Both the position numbers and the translations under genes were made by a program. Under the pieces are notes generated by a model. It saw only the letters and a program-made list of their open reading frames with translations, did no database searches and was not told the origin of the DNA. A stretch of 62,168 nt of DNA from Phyllobates terribilis. Its lineage: Eukaryota. Each line of letters starts with the position of its first letter. The stretch's first letter is position 1. Shown here piece by piece: positions 1-13,714 of the stretch. Where the stretch lies: the NCBI RefSeq assembly GCF_046119375.1, contig NW_027367086.1:1-62168 (forward strand). The letters are read 5' to 3'.

Positions 1-1235
1 ACTCTATCTCCGTCTTTTACATAATCACAACAATCCTAATATTATTAATCAAATAACTAATCATTCTATAAAATGCTCTAACCCTCTCTCCTTACAAACT
101 AAGTTCTGAAAAACCAGAGCAAAGATCAACCACATCAACAACTTTGACTTATTCACTAGTTATCTTCGCTCTATAGCCAAGATGAAATCCTTTCGTAAAC
201 CAATTCTTACATTTTAATCCTCACTGTAGCATCCTTACAAGTCAAAACAATATTTCCAACAGAATAACCTATGAACTCTCGATTCGCTTTGAAAAACAAA
301 ATCTCAACCCTTTAACGAGAATAACTGTAATATTATTCCAAATTTAATCTCCTCGGAAGAAAATTTTATACTGACCAAACCCGCGTCGAATAATGAAATT
401 AAACAAGCTATCTTTGACCAACCACCAGACAAAACATTTGGTCATGACGGGGTCTCTATTGATTTTTACAAGTCCTTCTGGAATATTCAACCCTCCTTAA
501 GTAATGTCATTAAGGATTTTTTTTCACGATAAACATATGCATTCTCATTGGAATCATGCCTTTTTTAGCTCTCATACCTAAAACTGACATGCCTATTAAA
601 ATTAATCATTTTAGATATAAGTCTTTGTAACTCTTCCTATAAAATCATGTCTAAAATTTTACTTAATAGACTCAAACCACTTCTGCCTAAACTTATTTCT
701 AAATTTCAAAGTGTTTTTGTTAAAGGTAGGCTCCTCCATGATAACATATTAGCCGCGCATGAAATTTTTCATTCCTTTCATAATAATAGAAGTAAATCCA
801 CTAAATGGATGGCTGTTAAAATAGATATGGAAAAAGCATACGATAAATTAGACTGGAATTTTCTCTTCTCCATTAAAAAGGCCTTTGGTTTCTCTGATAA
901 CTGGATTTCCTTGGTTGAGCAATGTATTACCACTACGAAACTCTCAAGTCTCACAAATAATCAGACTGGCCCAGAATTCGCCCCTACGTGTGGCATTCGT
1001 CAAGGAGACCATATTGCTCCCTTTCTATTCATTATCACAATGAAATATTTTGCTCGATCCCTCATTTGTGAACATTCGAAACCAGACCGCCACGTCGGAA
1101 TACAACTTATCAGACACGGAAACATCATCTCGTTCGTTAGCTTTGTTGATGACATGATCATCTTCGTTGATGCATCCATCAATAATATTAACTTATCAAA
1201 GATTTTCTTGAAAACTTCTCATCTATTAGCGGCCT
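1..1235 (+). pseudogene. LINE (L1-like non-LTR retrotransposon) ORF2 reverse transcriptase fragment, degenerate, truncated by LTR insertion
   Basis: ORF 647-1240 has RT motifs FVKGRLLHDNIL, MAVKIDMEKAYDKLDWNFL, GIRQGD and FVDD. Upstream frameshifted sequence reads EIKQAIF..DKTFGHDGVSIDFYKSFW and LIPK..SLCNSSYKI. Homology stops at 1235, where an LTR end begins. Confidence 0.9.
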
Positions 1236-2426
1236 TGTAGGATCGAGTTTCATCGGCTCACTTAAAGTGTTTTAAGATGTAAACAATGAAAACACAAGTA
1301 ACTCAGTCTAATCTCAAAGATGAGCTCTAATAGCTACTAATCTAAAGAGTTAGTAGTGCGGAATAGAGATTAGCTACAATTTTAAGCTTAGTGAAATGAT
1401 TTAAGAAGCTCGTCTCATGCAAAGATTTTTCCAAGTTGAGAACCCTAAGCTTCTATCAAGCTCGGGATAATACTCACCACTAAACTTATATTAATCAAGA
1501 GCAATTACACACTTAAGCTACTCCTAGCTCAAAGTCACAATACAAGTTGTGTTCAGCTCATACAAGTAATATCTCTCTATCAAGCTCCTAAGTGATTTAG
1601 ACACTAGCTCTATTCACAACGACTTAAGCACAATATAGCTTTCTCTCTAGCCTTCTCTCTGACTTAATCTCTTTGCTCTCTAAGCTCGTGAAGCTCTCAA
1701 TAAATTCGTTGAACTCGTGCCTAACATCACTCCTATGCACACCTTATATAGTAATTCTAACTCACTATCTTGAAGCTAGAAATTCTATATCTTGCAGCAA
1801 TGTAGAATACCACCTCAGCCATCCGTGTGATCATTTTGCTCCTAGAAATGCATCAACGGCCTCCTTCGCTTGATCTTCTCAACTCATCCACGTTGGCAAT
1901 CTTCACCTTCAGCGCGTCTTCTGATTTGTCCAGCTTGGCGATCCTCTTTCATCCACTAACCAAAAGTAGAAATCCTAGCAAACTCCTTGTTGTTTCCATT
2001 TCCCTTAAGTTGTAGCTACGACAGTCTTCCCTTCACTTGACCAAATATTTTATACACTTGTGCAGGATACCACATGTAGACTCTCGTTGTACACTCTATT
2101 ATTTGTATCTTCTCTCTTTTCTCTGAAGCCCAATCCACTAGCTTTACAGCAACTCTCGCTCGCTTAAAGCTAGTCCTTCCGACTTCTTATTTCATCTTTG
2201 CAAGTCTTATTCTGTCTTGGCGAGATTCAACTTTCCCCGCTAGACCTTAAGCTAGTTTCCTCGTGGACTCAGCTGGCCCGCTTGTGTCAAAGCTACTCTC
2301 AAAACTCCTCGAGCTATACCTGATTAGCTTAGAACACACAATTGACATCAAATACTTAGGTTTTTTATCATAAAAACAAGCGGAACGTTTGAGCTAGCTA
2401 GTTACACACCCTAGCTCAAACCAACA
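1236..2426 (-). repeat. 3' LTR (1191 bp) of old Sirevirus-like element
   Basis: On the minus strand it starts TGTTGGTTTGAGC right after AAAAAGGAGAAAAT (PPT) and ends ...GATCCTACA. TATA-like TATATAAGG near 1742-1750. Confidence 0.8.
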
Positions 2427-2946
2427 ATTTTCTCCTTTTTTATGATGACAAACCCTTAAACAATTAAGCTCATAAACTTCAAAGCATACTCAGTTAAGCC
2501 ATAGATATGTAATGAAGCTTAATCAAGTACTTTAAGATATAACAAATAAGCTCAATATCTCGCTAAAAACACTTAGTGAGTGTACCTTTGTTCCCCTTAG
2601 ACCAAGCCGGTCTAAAATCTTCCCTCTTAGTTGAATAAGGTATGTAAATGTTTACTTTCCCCTTTTTCCATCATCGAAAAATGAAAGTATAACTCATGCA
2701 AAGGGAATTAAAGTGTAAAGTGCTATCATGCTAACTCAATAATCAAGCATAGAAAGTCAATAAGCACAAGACTAGCCAAAGTGTAACCAAGCATAAAGCA
2801 CATGATTATAGAAACCAAAAGCATACTTTATATAGCATAAAACCTTACACTTTTTAGTATCAGAAGTCCTAACGATTATTAGTTAAACTTGGCAACAACA
2901 AGGGAAACAAAAAGCACACAACCACACACGCTTAAAACCCTAGACA

Positions 2947-3965
2947 TCACGCTTGTCGAGTGAGAGAAACTAAACTGCGCATAATCACAATCACCTCATC
3001 TTGACGAGCTGTCATGAGCTCTAGCTGTGTAGTTATCTCTGAAAATTTCTTCTCTAAAGTGGAACACTGAGTCTGTAAAGCAAAAATGATTCGCTCTGAG
3101 TCAAGAGACTCACTAGCAGATGGTAAACGCACTTCCTTGGACTGTGAACGAGATGAGTTGGCAGCTGGTGTAGAGACCTTCGCATGAACTGGCTTAACAA
3201 CTAGCTCAGAAACTTTCCCGATAGTCAGCACATCATCAAATGAAGTTTCGTGAGTAGGCTTGTACAATCCCTCGGCTTTCAGCATACGAGCAATAATATG
3301 AGGGAAATGGAGAGGTGAGCCATGGTGAGCACAACTAACTGCCATGTGCGAAAACATGATCTGGGCGGTTTCTCTGTCTTCACTACCACCGTTATCGGTG
3401 CATCAGTCTCATCACCTTCTTCTTCTTCTGAAAGCAGGTCCTCCTCCTCTATCAACTTGTGTTTGCCCGCAGCTTTGGATGCGCTCTTAGCTTCCTTGAT
3501 AAGTTGATGCTGAACTAGGGCAAACACTTCATCCGCTTCGTCGGCGAATGAATCAGATAAAATGTTAGAGTGAGGGGGAGAAGTAAGCTGGATATGCTCA
3601 CCTGAAGAAGACTTTGTTGGTGTCATAAGTAGCTCTGTTTTGACAGTAGCGAGATTTGTAAGCACTTTAGAGACCGAAGTGGCGACTAGATCCTCAACAG
3701 AGACTGCCTCTTTACCTTCCTCGACAATTTGAACCATGACGAGGTCAGTAACACTGACTTTAGGATACGCCGGAGTGTCAGGTGTTCTTGACGACGTGGA
3801 AACCCGTCATCGGAGTCGGAGGTGTTGGCGGAGGAATGGCTTTCTGAGCTGCAAGCCTTTCGAGCCTCTATTGCGCAAGTTTTGAAGATCTGACTCACGA
3901 GATGCACAAAACTCTTCAAAGAGCTCTTCCTTGGTTGGAATGCGAATAGGGGTTTTGTTGGCCAT
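2947..3965 (-). pseudogene. Extra (env-like) ORF between pol and 3' LTR, frameshifted
   Basis: ATG at 3965 (MANKTPIRIPTKEELFEEF), continued across overlapping ORFs 3686-3919, 3279-3737 and 2947-3357, ending in a coiled-coil-like C-terminus (LQTQCSTLEKKFSEITTQLELM). Its position matches the Sirevirus env-like ORF. Confidence 0.6.
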
Positions 3966-5061
3966 TTTAGGTTTTGAGGTGCTATGTGATTTTAGGGTTT
4001 GGAAATTAAGGAATTATTTGAGAGCGAGTGTGGTGAAGGTAATAGCGGAGTTTCTGGAAAATATATAGAGGGAGATGTAAAGTAGACACGGTAAAGATCT
4101 GAAGCTAATGCATACCCATGTATTTATAGTGTAGCTTAATCTTTCTCTGTAAGTTTCCACAGCTAAACCAACGGCTATAATCTCTCAGCGGCTAGCTCTG
4201 CAAATCTCTGTAATGGCTATGACGTTAAAGCGCTGCAACGGCTAGATTTACAAACCCTTTTTCTGAAGATTTGCTTTAACAACTACAAGTGGTGCTGCAA
4301 ATATTGCACTGTAACGGCTAGTAGTGATGCGATGTAACGGCTAGGTGTGGCTTTGTTGGATCTAATTAGAGTTAGATCACTGAGCCACGTAGCTTTTCCG
4401 AATCTATTTAGCCTAGATCACAGAGCTACATGTTTAGACCTTCAATTTCTCGAGCCGCACAAATAATCTTTTGTCTTAAGCAAACTTCACCATTAAGCAA
4501 ACCTCTGAAGTAGCTTAACCCCAAAACAACACAGACTACCTTCTCAACTACTCTCACATAAGCGCTTGATCATGCTAGGAGTGTAAAGCATGTGATATAT
4601 GTCCCAATTATAACCAATTAAGTATGCAAGATTAACAGGAAATGCACATTTCACATGAAGGGTATAAAAGTATATAGTTTGTGCATATAGAGGGTTAGCT
4701 GGTTTTTGACACAAAAATGAATACTTCCTATTTGTAGAGTTTATCAGGGGACTTAGGAAGCGTTACAATTAATTCAGGCAAGGGACACCGTAGGAATGGA
4801 TCATTTCTTTAGGCTTGTAATATGATAAGAAGACGATCACCATTCTTTATTTGTGGCACAAGAAGAGCATGCAATGGGTCATGACTATAAGCAATAGCTT
4901 TAATGCAATATATTACCGTAGCTAGATTGGCTTTTGAAATAGATGATGCATGAATAGCAAGCAAGCAAGAAGCACACTCAAACTAAAGTTCTCAATGTAG
5001 ATTAAACTGCTAATTCATAGTCAAAGTATGGGAGAAACTTATAACGCATATCTTGCTTCAG

Positions 5062-7960
5062 CTAATGAAGAGATAGAAAACCAGGTTGAAGCCTAAGGCT
5101 TAGAAAGATATCCATGCAAAGTGCCTTAGAGAGATATGTTTGTAACACCCCCAAATTACCTTAGGAATATTACCGCCAGTAACCCCGAATCATCGACCCG
5201 AAGTTACCAAGGCTTAGAACATTAAATGTAAAAACAAATACTCAATATATTAATAATAAATAATTGTCTTACAATGCAAAACCAAATCCCAAAATAATAA
5301 TATAGCAAAAGACTTAATCATAAACAGATCGTAACCTTGTTGAAACTGTAAACAAAACAAAACAAAACAAATAATCTTCAACTGCCCTGCGCCCGAAGTC
5401 TTCAATCCTTGAAGCTACCACCTGATGCGCCGTAAAGAGACGGATGACACCAGCCAACCATAAGAGAAAAAAATAGTGGTTGGTTAGTCGAGAGACTATG
5501 CAGTGGGATTTATGTGATGCTCTATGCAGTTGTATCTAGTTAAACCTAATGGTTTCTCGAATAAAAAGCCGATAACCGAGGCAACTCCGACACTTCCACG
5601 GAATAAGGAAGAGATATAATAATATATATATGTGTGTATATATAACAAGAGAAGACTCCAAAAAGTTGAGTCTTATGGGAAGATATTAATATAATATTAA
5701 TATTATAACTGTGTGGGAACATTTTTTTTGTAATTCAAACAATAGGTTTTGAAATCACCCCCCATGAATAATTGGGCCAACGACCAACCTCACCGCATAC
5801 GTGTTGTGCGAATTCAGATCGGAAAATGACTTACTTAACCGGGAGGCCAGACAATTTTTCAAGTTGTACTAATTGTCCGGAACACGTTAATTATGCACAA
5901 AAGTGCTTATCTTTCGTACTTCCAAAATGATTTACGTTGAAGCTTTTAATGATGTCTCGCAATGAGAATAAGGGAATAATCCCGATAATCGGCACCAGCT
6001 GTGTGCACCACCCTCATATAAGGATAAGGGTATGATCATGACCAAAAAGGCTATTAGGGCAAAATCCTCCTAATACCAGTTATAAAGAAACCACTAGACC
6101 TCGCGAGGTACATAGTGTTCCTACGAATACTCGTTCTAACTATATAGTATATATATCCACAACAATCCACAACAAGTCCATCTATCACCCTAAGATAATA
6201 ATATAAATATCATCATATATATAGTATATCCACTATATGCATACAACCTAAATAACATTTATTTTAGGTTATTAAAGTTCCCAACACACAAGAGAATAAT
6301 ATTTTATCCCAACTTAATATAACAACCGATTCATTGTTAATTAAGACAAATATGGAATAAAAATAAATAGATAAGCAAGAGCGAACCGCCACTTTCCTTA
6401 ATTATGGGAATTGATCGAGATCTAAGATGGAGTTTGGAGCCTTGTCAACGAACTCGATCTTTAAGAATTTCGATCCAGCGCGATACCGAAGAAAAATCAA
6501 TAAATTACCATTAATAAATTATTACGATACGAATTTTCTAGTAAGTTTGTATCAGATTAACTAGATGGTAATCTCTAAGTATGTTATTAAACACTATATA
6601 ATATAGAATAAGGATCCGGTGAAAACATTCCTTATGGCGTGAAGTGCGAACTTTCTCGGGTACACTAATGTTCACATATAACATGCTAATGTTCACATCT
6701 AAAGGGATAAAAAAATCACCCAGAAAACGTAAAAAAAAAAAGTAACAGTTCACCATTAATTACAAAAAATGCCACCGCGTGGATTCATTAAAAAACCCAT
6801 CTTTTAATCTCAGTCCTCCATTTTCTAATCTAATGGCTCAACATGTTTCGCACTTCACACCATATTGGTTGTTTTCACCGGAACTCACCTCATATAATAT
6901 ATACTATACACTCTTTCGTAAATATATATATTATCTATTAATAGTGATTAATAAGATGATTAAGAACTATACAGGTATATAACTATGTATACGCCTTAAT
7001 GTGAACGAATCAATAAACATGATTAAGCAATACACATATGATTAAGCAATGTACATGTATATACTCTCTGTATGAACTATGCATATATAAGGAAACATGG
7101 GTCTCAACCAAAATGAACATGAAGGACGACGACCCAAACTGCACCCTTATCGGTGGAGGAAGAACGACGGCGGCGTGGCTTCACTGCAAGGCTGGTGGTG
7201 CGACGGCGGAAACGAACGGGCGGATCGACGTCGACGACGAGTACGACGGTAGGCGGAGCGGCACCGGGAAAACAGAGGGGGAAGGAGGGGCGGTGGTTGC
7301 TCCCCGGTCGACGTCGACGGAGAAGAACCAAGCTTCACCGGAGGAGGGAGGAAGGAGGTGGTGCGGTGGTTGGCAAGCGACGACCGAAACAGAGTAATGA
7401 AGGGAAGAAATACAGAGGAACGAAGGATACAAACAACTAAGCGGTCGTTTGAACAGAGTGAAAGTGATATAAAATATGTGGAACGGAGGTGGGTTTATAT
7501 AGGGGTAGGATAGATACCTCCAAACCCTAATTTTAATTAAGGAAATCACTTAATTAAAAGATTTAATCTAATTAAATTTATGGAAACCTTAAAAAGAATA
7601 ATATAAATAATAAATTATTTATATTGGCTTCTTCACAGTAGTCTAACTAATTCTGAAAATTATGAATCTCGTCCATAATCCTTTAGAAATACAAAAGGAA
7701 GAATTTAATTTTCCGGAAAGTTAAATAAATACTTCAAAGCGTATTTATTTATAGATAAAGAGTTCTAGGTACTCGTACTAACGATGAGAATATGACGAAT
7801 TAAATAATAATTTATTCGTCTACGCATAATCTGCTAAATTATTCAAAAGATAACATTCATAAAATCAAATGAATATCAAAGTGCCAAAATAACCTTCGGA
7901 AATAGAGGGTTATTACAATGTTGTTGTTTTGCTCTTTTGAGAGTACAAGAATATGTCTCA
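5062..7960 (-). pseudogene. Copia RNase H C-terminal remnant split by solo LTR (parts ~7923-7960 and 5062-5140)
   Basis: After removing the insertion, the minus strand reads VLSKEQ..(1-nt shift)..SKALCMDIFLSLRLQPGFLSLH*, resembling the Copia V.S..Q.ADIFTKAL...F..LR..LG terminus. Confidence 0.65.
5141..7917 (-). mobile_element. Solo LTR (2777 bp), Ty3/Gypsy-type (Tekay/Del-like termini)
   Basis: Ends TGTAACACCC...GGGTTATTACA. Perfect 5-bp TSD ATGTT at 5136-5140 and 7918-7922. No internal gag/pol. Minus-strand TATA (CCTATATAAACC, ~7491-7503) followed by a GC-rich transcribed-leader-like region. Confidence 0.85.
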
Positions 7961-9727
7961 GAGAGATAGATTAAGACTCGCTTGGAAGCTTTAGAGACTC
8001 GCTTGGACATATCTGAGTCTCCCTTGAAAGGATATATGTAGCTTTACCACAGATGAGAAGTCGCCCTCCAGATTTTCCTAGCTGTAAATCGCCCTAAACC
8101 CCCAAATTTCTCCTCCTTCCTGTGGAACCGATAACAAACTTGGTAATTCACGTAAATTTTTGAAAGTTTCGAGGGGTAAAATGGTAAAGCACACCATTTA
8201 ATGTCTAACCTGACGGATTGTGGACATGGGTGGTGATTTGTAATAAAAACGTAACGTTTGGATGGTTTTTTGAAAAGTCAACTATAAGGAGTGATTTACT
8301 GCAAAAACTGCTATATAACGGGTGGTTTACTGAAAAACCTCTTTATTTTATGAAATTAAAAAATTGGACATAAGTTGAAAAAACTGAGTTAACGTAATCA
8401 GTTAATTTCTTCATGTTAGTAAAGGATGTTACCGATTTTCCACTTTTATTGATATTGAAAAAATTAGGACAATACAAACAAGTGAGTGCATTATTTACAG
8501 AGTCATATAACCTGGTTGTTTTGACGTTATTCACCATAATAATAAGGAAAGTTTTAGAGCAGATCCATCCAAAGAAGTGGAGAGAAAATAAAGAGAAAAG
8601 GTCTTTTTCTCTTGCATAAGTCCTTTTTTCAATCGAAAAATTAGAGTAAAGAAACTGTATAGGGTTGGAGCAAAATAAAAGATAAAACTCTGATTAATGT
8701 CCATTTACAATACTAGAGGGCCATAGACTGTTGTTTACCCTCTATATGGATGTAAAATCCCTACGAAAAGTTGTTTAAAAGTCAGTTTAAGATTTGTTCG
8801 AATAAAATATGATTGCATTAAACTAAAAATTATGTATAAGTATAGCATTCCATCTAATCAGAAATATAAAGAGTTTTAGCCTTCAATTTAATTAATAATA
8901 AAAGGTGTTTTACACTTATTTTTCTTCTTTTTATAAAAAATTCATTGAAAATAATAATTAAAAAAAAGTAATTTAGTAATGAATAAAATAAATCAACCTA
9001 TCAATACAAACACATAAAATATAATAATGTATAATATTTATTTTTTAAAAAAATAAATAGACCTGCTCCTTATTTTTTGTGAAAATTTCTAAAGTTCCTT
9101 ATAATTTCGATCGGATAGAGTATTATGCTCCCATTTTTTTGTACGGCAATTCTTTTTGACGCATTTTTTGTTCTTTCTAACGCAGCGCAGGAACGGCCGG
9201 TTAGTACGAGGTAGGAACCGGCGGTTCCTCGTATTTATAAACCGCCGGTTTGTAGCGAGCACCAACCGCCAATACTTATCTGGAGCAAACCGCGGGTTAT
9301 TCGACGCCAGTAACCGCCGGTTAGTCACTGTTATAAACTCTTGGTTTAGTGTAAATGCCAATTGGCATACAATAAATCACTGTTGATTAGTTTTTTACAA
9401 AATATAACACATATGTAGTCCCTTTAATTATATTCTGACAAAAAATGATATGTTTTACAAGCTTGTATATTAAGATAAGTAATTATTTCATTTGGACAAA
9501 ATATAGTATGTTTTACAAGCCTATAAACATTTTTCAATTCATTAAGGTGGATGTTGTTGTATGAGGTTTGTGAAATGAATATATCATAGTTAAAATAAAG
9601 AAACAATACATATAACTAAAACGAGCAAATACAACACTTATTGTCAACAACAGCCAAAACCTACACCAAATCCAAAACATAAACCAAAATTCAAAACATA
9701 AACATATACAAAAGAACTTCATGCTCA

Positions 9728-12373
9728 TCAATGGTTTGACCGGTTATAGAAAGGGCGAAACTCATCAACTGACTTCCTTACTGCCTCATATACCTCATCT
9801 ACCCGCTCATATGGTGGTTGATCATCGTAAAATGGTAGAAGGTACTCGTGTACTCGGCTGGCACTCTGCTTGACAAGTATAAAATATAGGATGTAGTAGA
9901 GTAAATAAAAATTAAAAATCGTAATTTGAGAGTGAAAATTCATATTATTACCTGGTATGATCTCACATCGGGAGAAGTAATGTAAGGGTGCGTCTTTTTT
10001 GTAAGAACCAAGACATGTAAGGCTCCTCGGACTGCCATGGCACATTAGCGGCAGCACCTAATTCCTCGATGGATAAGGTATGCCATCCTTGAGAACTCCA
10101 TATCCAATACCCTTGGTCATAGTCCATCTTGTATGCCAATGTCTTGGGTAGTCTATGAGCTCTAATAGGATCAATCACCGGCTTTGGGATCCATTGCGTA
10201 CGCCCAAATTGACGCGCCACCCGGTCTGGCATATACGGCTCTGTGTGGTGCAACAATGTCAGGACCCCATGGAATAGAGAGGGACGTAATGCCGTGTTAT
10301 TGAAGTCAAGATGACCGTGTGACATCCAATCAACCTACGCATAACATACAAATTGAATTAATTTAGCATTAAGTGTGATTAATAAGGTAATAATTGTAGG
10401 GTAAGAATGTACTTACATCACGAGCGGTCATCCTGTCGAGGATTGCTCGATACCCCCCTACTACTGACGGTCTCTCAGGATAGTACCATTTAGATGCCCA
10501 TGGCTTTGGAGCATCCTGGCTCCATCCGGGTGATTGAAGAGGCATGAATTGTGGAAAGTACTGATATATCCAAGCCTGTTATTATGGTCAAAAATAATTG
10601 AAAATTCATACATGGTCATAAGCATTTGTGAAATGCACACAATGTTTTGAAATAGAGTTTACCTGTAGAAGAGTATAGCACATCGATACTTGTCGACACC
10701 CGGTCCGTGTACAATCGCCCAAGGACCGGTACAAGTGGCATAGGATGCTTGTCCCCCGAGCTAATTTGTCAACCTTTTCGAGAGAGTTGATGTACTCGAA
10801 ATACTTGAGATCGATCTTCTTTGATGACTTGTCAGGAAATATCGCCGTCGACATCAAGAAAATCAAATACGCCGTTGCCCTATCGGTTGAAGTCCACTTA
10901 TGCACCTTCGACACGTCCTTCATCATGTCGACAAAATTATCGGACCGAATCATCCCCGACGGTGCAAGCTCTGGATCTATATTAAAGTACTCTAAAGCCT
11001 GTAGTACCAGGTAATCGTGCCTAGCCTTGTAGGTCCCTGAAAGCTTGAGTTCTGAGTTGAATGCCATGCTATCACCAAATATGGGCACATCCAGATTGAG
11101 ATGAACGTCATGGAGAGTGACCGCCATCTCTCCAAATGGCAAGTGGAACGAGCTCGTCTCCGCCTCTAACGTTCGATGAACGCCTCTATCAACTTTATGT
11201 TGATATCTGTATACATCAAATCCGGTATGTGTCCAAAACAAGACCCGTAGACAAATAACCCCCCCCCCTCCCCCCACGATTTCTTCTTCGACAATTTCTA
11301 TTTCAGGAGCATGTGATTTCGACGTTCAAAAGTCATAGTCTGTCTCTCCTACAATTTAAAATTACACATAATTATAGAAAAATTAACTTATATAAATTCA
11401 ATGACAATAGAAGAATTTAGAAAATTACCTTGTTACGATATATGTCGTAAGCTACATGATTCTCAAACCCTATTAGCAATTCCGGGTTCATGGGTCCTCC
11501 GTCCACCCCTTGTAATAACTTAGGGATATATTTCATTTGATCTTCTTGGTCGCGTCCGAGACGAAGAAGCTTCCCTAGTATCCTCCTCTGCTCTCTCCTC
11601 AACCGGTGGTTCCTCCCTTTCATCCGGCCTCTCCGCCTCCCTTTCTTCTTCTTCACTTCCATGTACCCTCTCCTCCTCCCTCTCAGCATGATCTTCTGGA
11701 TCAACCTGTCCTCATTCAGAAATAGTAAAATGCACAAGTGAGTAATTTTGAATACATTTACGTCATGATATAAAAGTTATCATTTGTCTTACCTCTGTAA
11801 TACGAATACTGGAGATGTGCTTGTTACGTTGAGTAAGTCAAAAGGCACTGAATAATGATCGCTAGACTGTGAGACAAAATGTAGATTGGGAGATGAATAC
11901 ATGGGATTTGGAGGGTAAGGGATTTGATGCTGGAAAATGGGAGAAGGATTAAGATGATTGACTCGGATAGTACTGTGGAGGGGGCGGGTAGTACTGTGGA
12001 GGAGGCGGGTACTACTGTGGAAGGGGGGGGGGGGGTAAAAGTGGCCTGGAGGAGACTGGTAATGATGTCCAGGCGGTGGAGTCGGGTAATACTGACCCGG
12101 AGGAGACTGGTAATGTTGTGTAAGCGGTGGGGGAGTCGGGAAGTACTGGCCAGGAGGAGACTGGTAGTACTGTGGAGGTGTAGCACCTACAATATCCATA
12201 GCCTCCTCGTCCGATGAATCGGGCATAGAGGTGTTACCCTTCCTCTTTCTCGGATCGTGGATAGGTATTCCTGCGGCCTGTTTTTTCTTCTTGTGGTCTC
12301 GCAAGACAACACGCACCTCACGTGATTCTCGATCAACTATAGGGGTCTTGCCGATTGATGAAGGTTCCGTCAT
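9728..12373 (-). pseudogene. Plant Mobile Domain (MAIN/MAIL-like, aminotransferase-like PMD) gene of MULE-1, multi-exon, frameshifted
   Basis: PMD motifs VERWEAETSSFHLPFGEM.VTLHDV, FPDKS, LYRSLG..TRTG..QVS.C.TLLQ, E.YMPDRV.RQFG..Q.IP and GGP..PELL.GF..HVA across ORFs 11789-12373, 11417-11737, 10606-11277 and 9963-10325. Frame changes occur near G/C homopolymers. Confidence 0.85.
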
Positions 12374-12399
12374 CTAACACAACATATATACAAATTAGG

Positions 12400-12930
12400 G
12401 TCATTCTCAACATGTATATAAACAACATATCAACAACATATTACATACATTAATTTCAAAACAAAATTTCTATAAACAACATATCAACAACATATTAACA
12501 ACATATCTATACAAACATCATATCAACAACATATTAATAACATATCTATACAAATTTAATATATATCTAAAAATTATTTTATGAAAAAGCAAAAAATTAT
12601 ATAAAAATACAACAACATGTATATAAAGAACTACATATTAACAACATATTGCAAACATATTAACAACATGTATATAAACAACAACATATCAACAACATAT
12701 TAACAACATATCTATACAAACATCATATCAACAACATATCTATACAAATTTAATATATATCTAAAAATTAATTATGAAAAAGCAAAAAATTATATAAAAA
12801 TACAACAACATGTATATAAAGAACTACGTATTAACAACATATTGCAAACATATTAACAACATACAACAACATGTATATAAACAACAACATATTAACAACG
12901 TATCAACATATAAACAACATTTACAACAAA
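12400..12930. repeat. AACAACATAT-rich low-complexity tract with a ~200-bp tandem duplication
   Basis: The block ...ATATCTATACAAATTTAATATATATCTAAAAATTA..ATGAAAAAGCAAAAAATTATATAAAAATACAACAACATGTATATAAAGAACTAC occurs at ~12545-12640 and ~12738-12830. Confidence 0.8.
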
Positions 12931-13714
12931 ATAAGAACAGATCTACTCCGCCGGTTAATAACAGATCTGAACCGCCGGTTATTCGACGCTACAAACCGCC
13001 GAAAAACGCAAAACAGCAAAGGCCGGTCACCAGTACAAGCTACCGCCGGTACCGGACATCCAGTAACCGACGGTTACCAGTAACAACTAACCGGTGGTTT
13101 CCCTTTATGGCCTAGATTCAACATTTCATTGGCCTAGATTCAACAATTTGGTGATGAAAAACAGATTTACAAATTTGTGTTGAAAAATAGTAGATCTACA
13201 TATATATAGCACAATTACATGGAAAAAAACTCAAAAAGGGAGAAATAAACTAAAATCATACCTTAATGAAGTTGTTTTTGTCTAGAATTGAGAAAAATGA
13301 GAGGATTTAGCTTCTCCTTGGTATGGAAGGGGTAAACTGCCGGTTTGAGAGCTTGTGGGAAGTGAAAATGTGGCTAGGGTTGAGGAGGAAGAAAAGAAGT
13401 GTTACTTAAGCCCAGAAAATTGTTGGAACCGTCGGTTTGTAGGCGGTAGTAACCGCCGGTTTATATGGGGTAGGAACCGCCGGTTTATATGGGGTAGGAA
13501 CCGCCGGTTTCTTCCCTTAAGTAGGTAAGCCCAAACCGACTAATGAGAGCGCAAGGATTCCACCACCACAACTTAGGCCAATGCATGTGAAGAAGATTCA
13601 CCAACTATTCACCTACCACACTTACCACAAGTAGTATAAATAGACTTGTTGTTACATCATTTCAAATCACTTCCAACTTTCCTTCACATTCTACTCTTAC
13701 TTACATCTCAAAAA

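Larger units (their letters stand above)
1236..8060 (-). mobile_element. Old, 5'-truncated Sirevirus-like Ty1/Copia retrotransposon (3' LTR, PPT cluster, env-like ORF, end of pol), interrupted by a solo LTR
   Basis: 3' LTR at 1236-2426 and PPT at 2428-2440. Extra purine tracts at ~2590-2670 match the Sirevirus multi-PPT pattern. RNase H C-terminus is split by the 5141-7917 insertion. The left boundary is sharp; the right boundary (~8060) is approximate. Confidence 0.8.

Noticed and set aside
7038-7549. Several overlapping 60-120 aa ORFs on both strands
   Set aside because: They lie in the GC-rich, low-complexity part of the TSD-bounded solo LTR; no recognisable motifs.
8060-8800. Possible MULE/Harbinger MITE ends
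   Set aside because: Only single, unpaired TIR-like stretches; no partner end or TSD found.
11824-12217. Alternative-frame and antisense ORFs over the PMD repeat
   Set aside because: Expected shadows of a GC-rich tandem coding repeat; the frame switch coincides with a G homopolymer (slippage or sequencing error).
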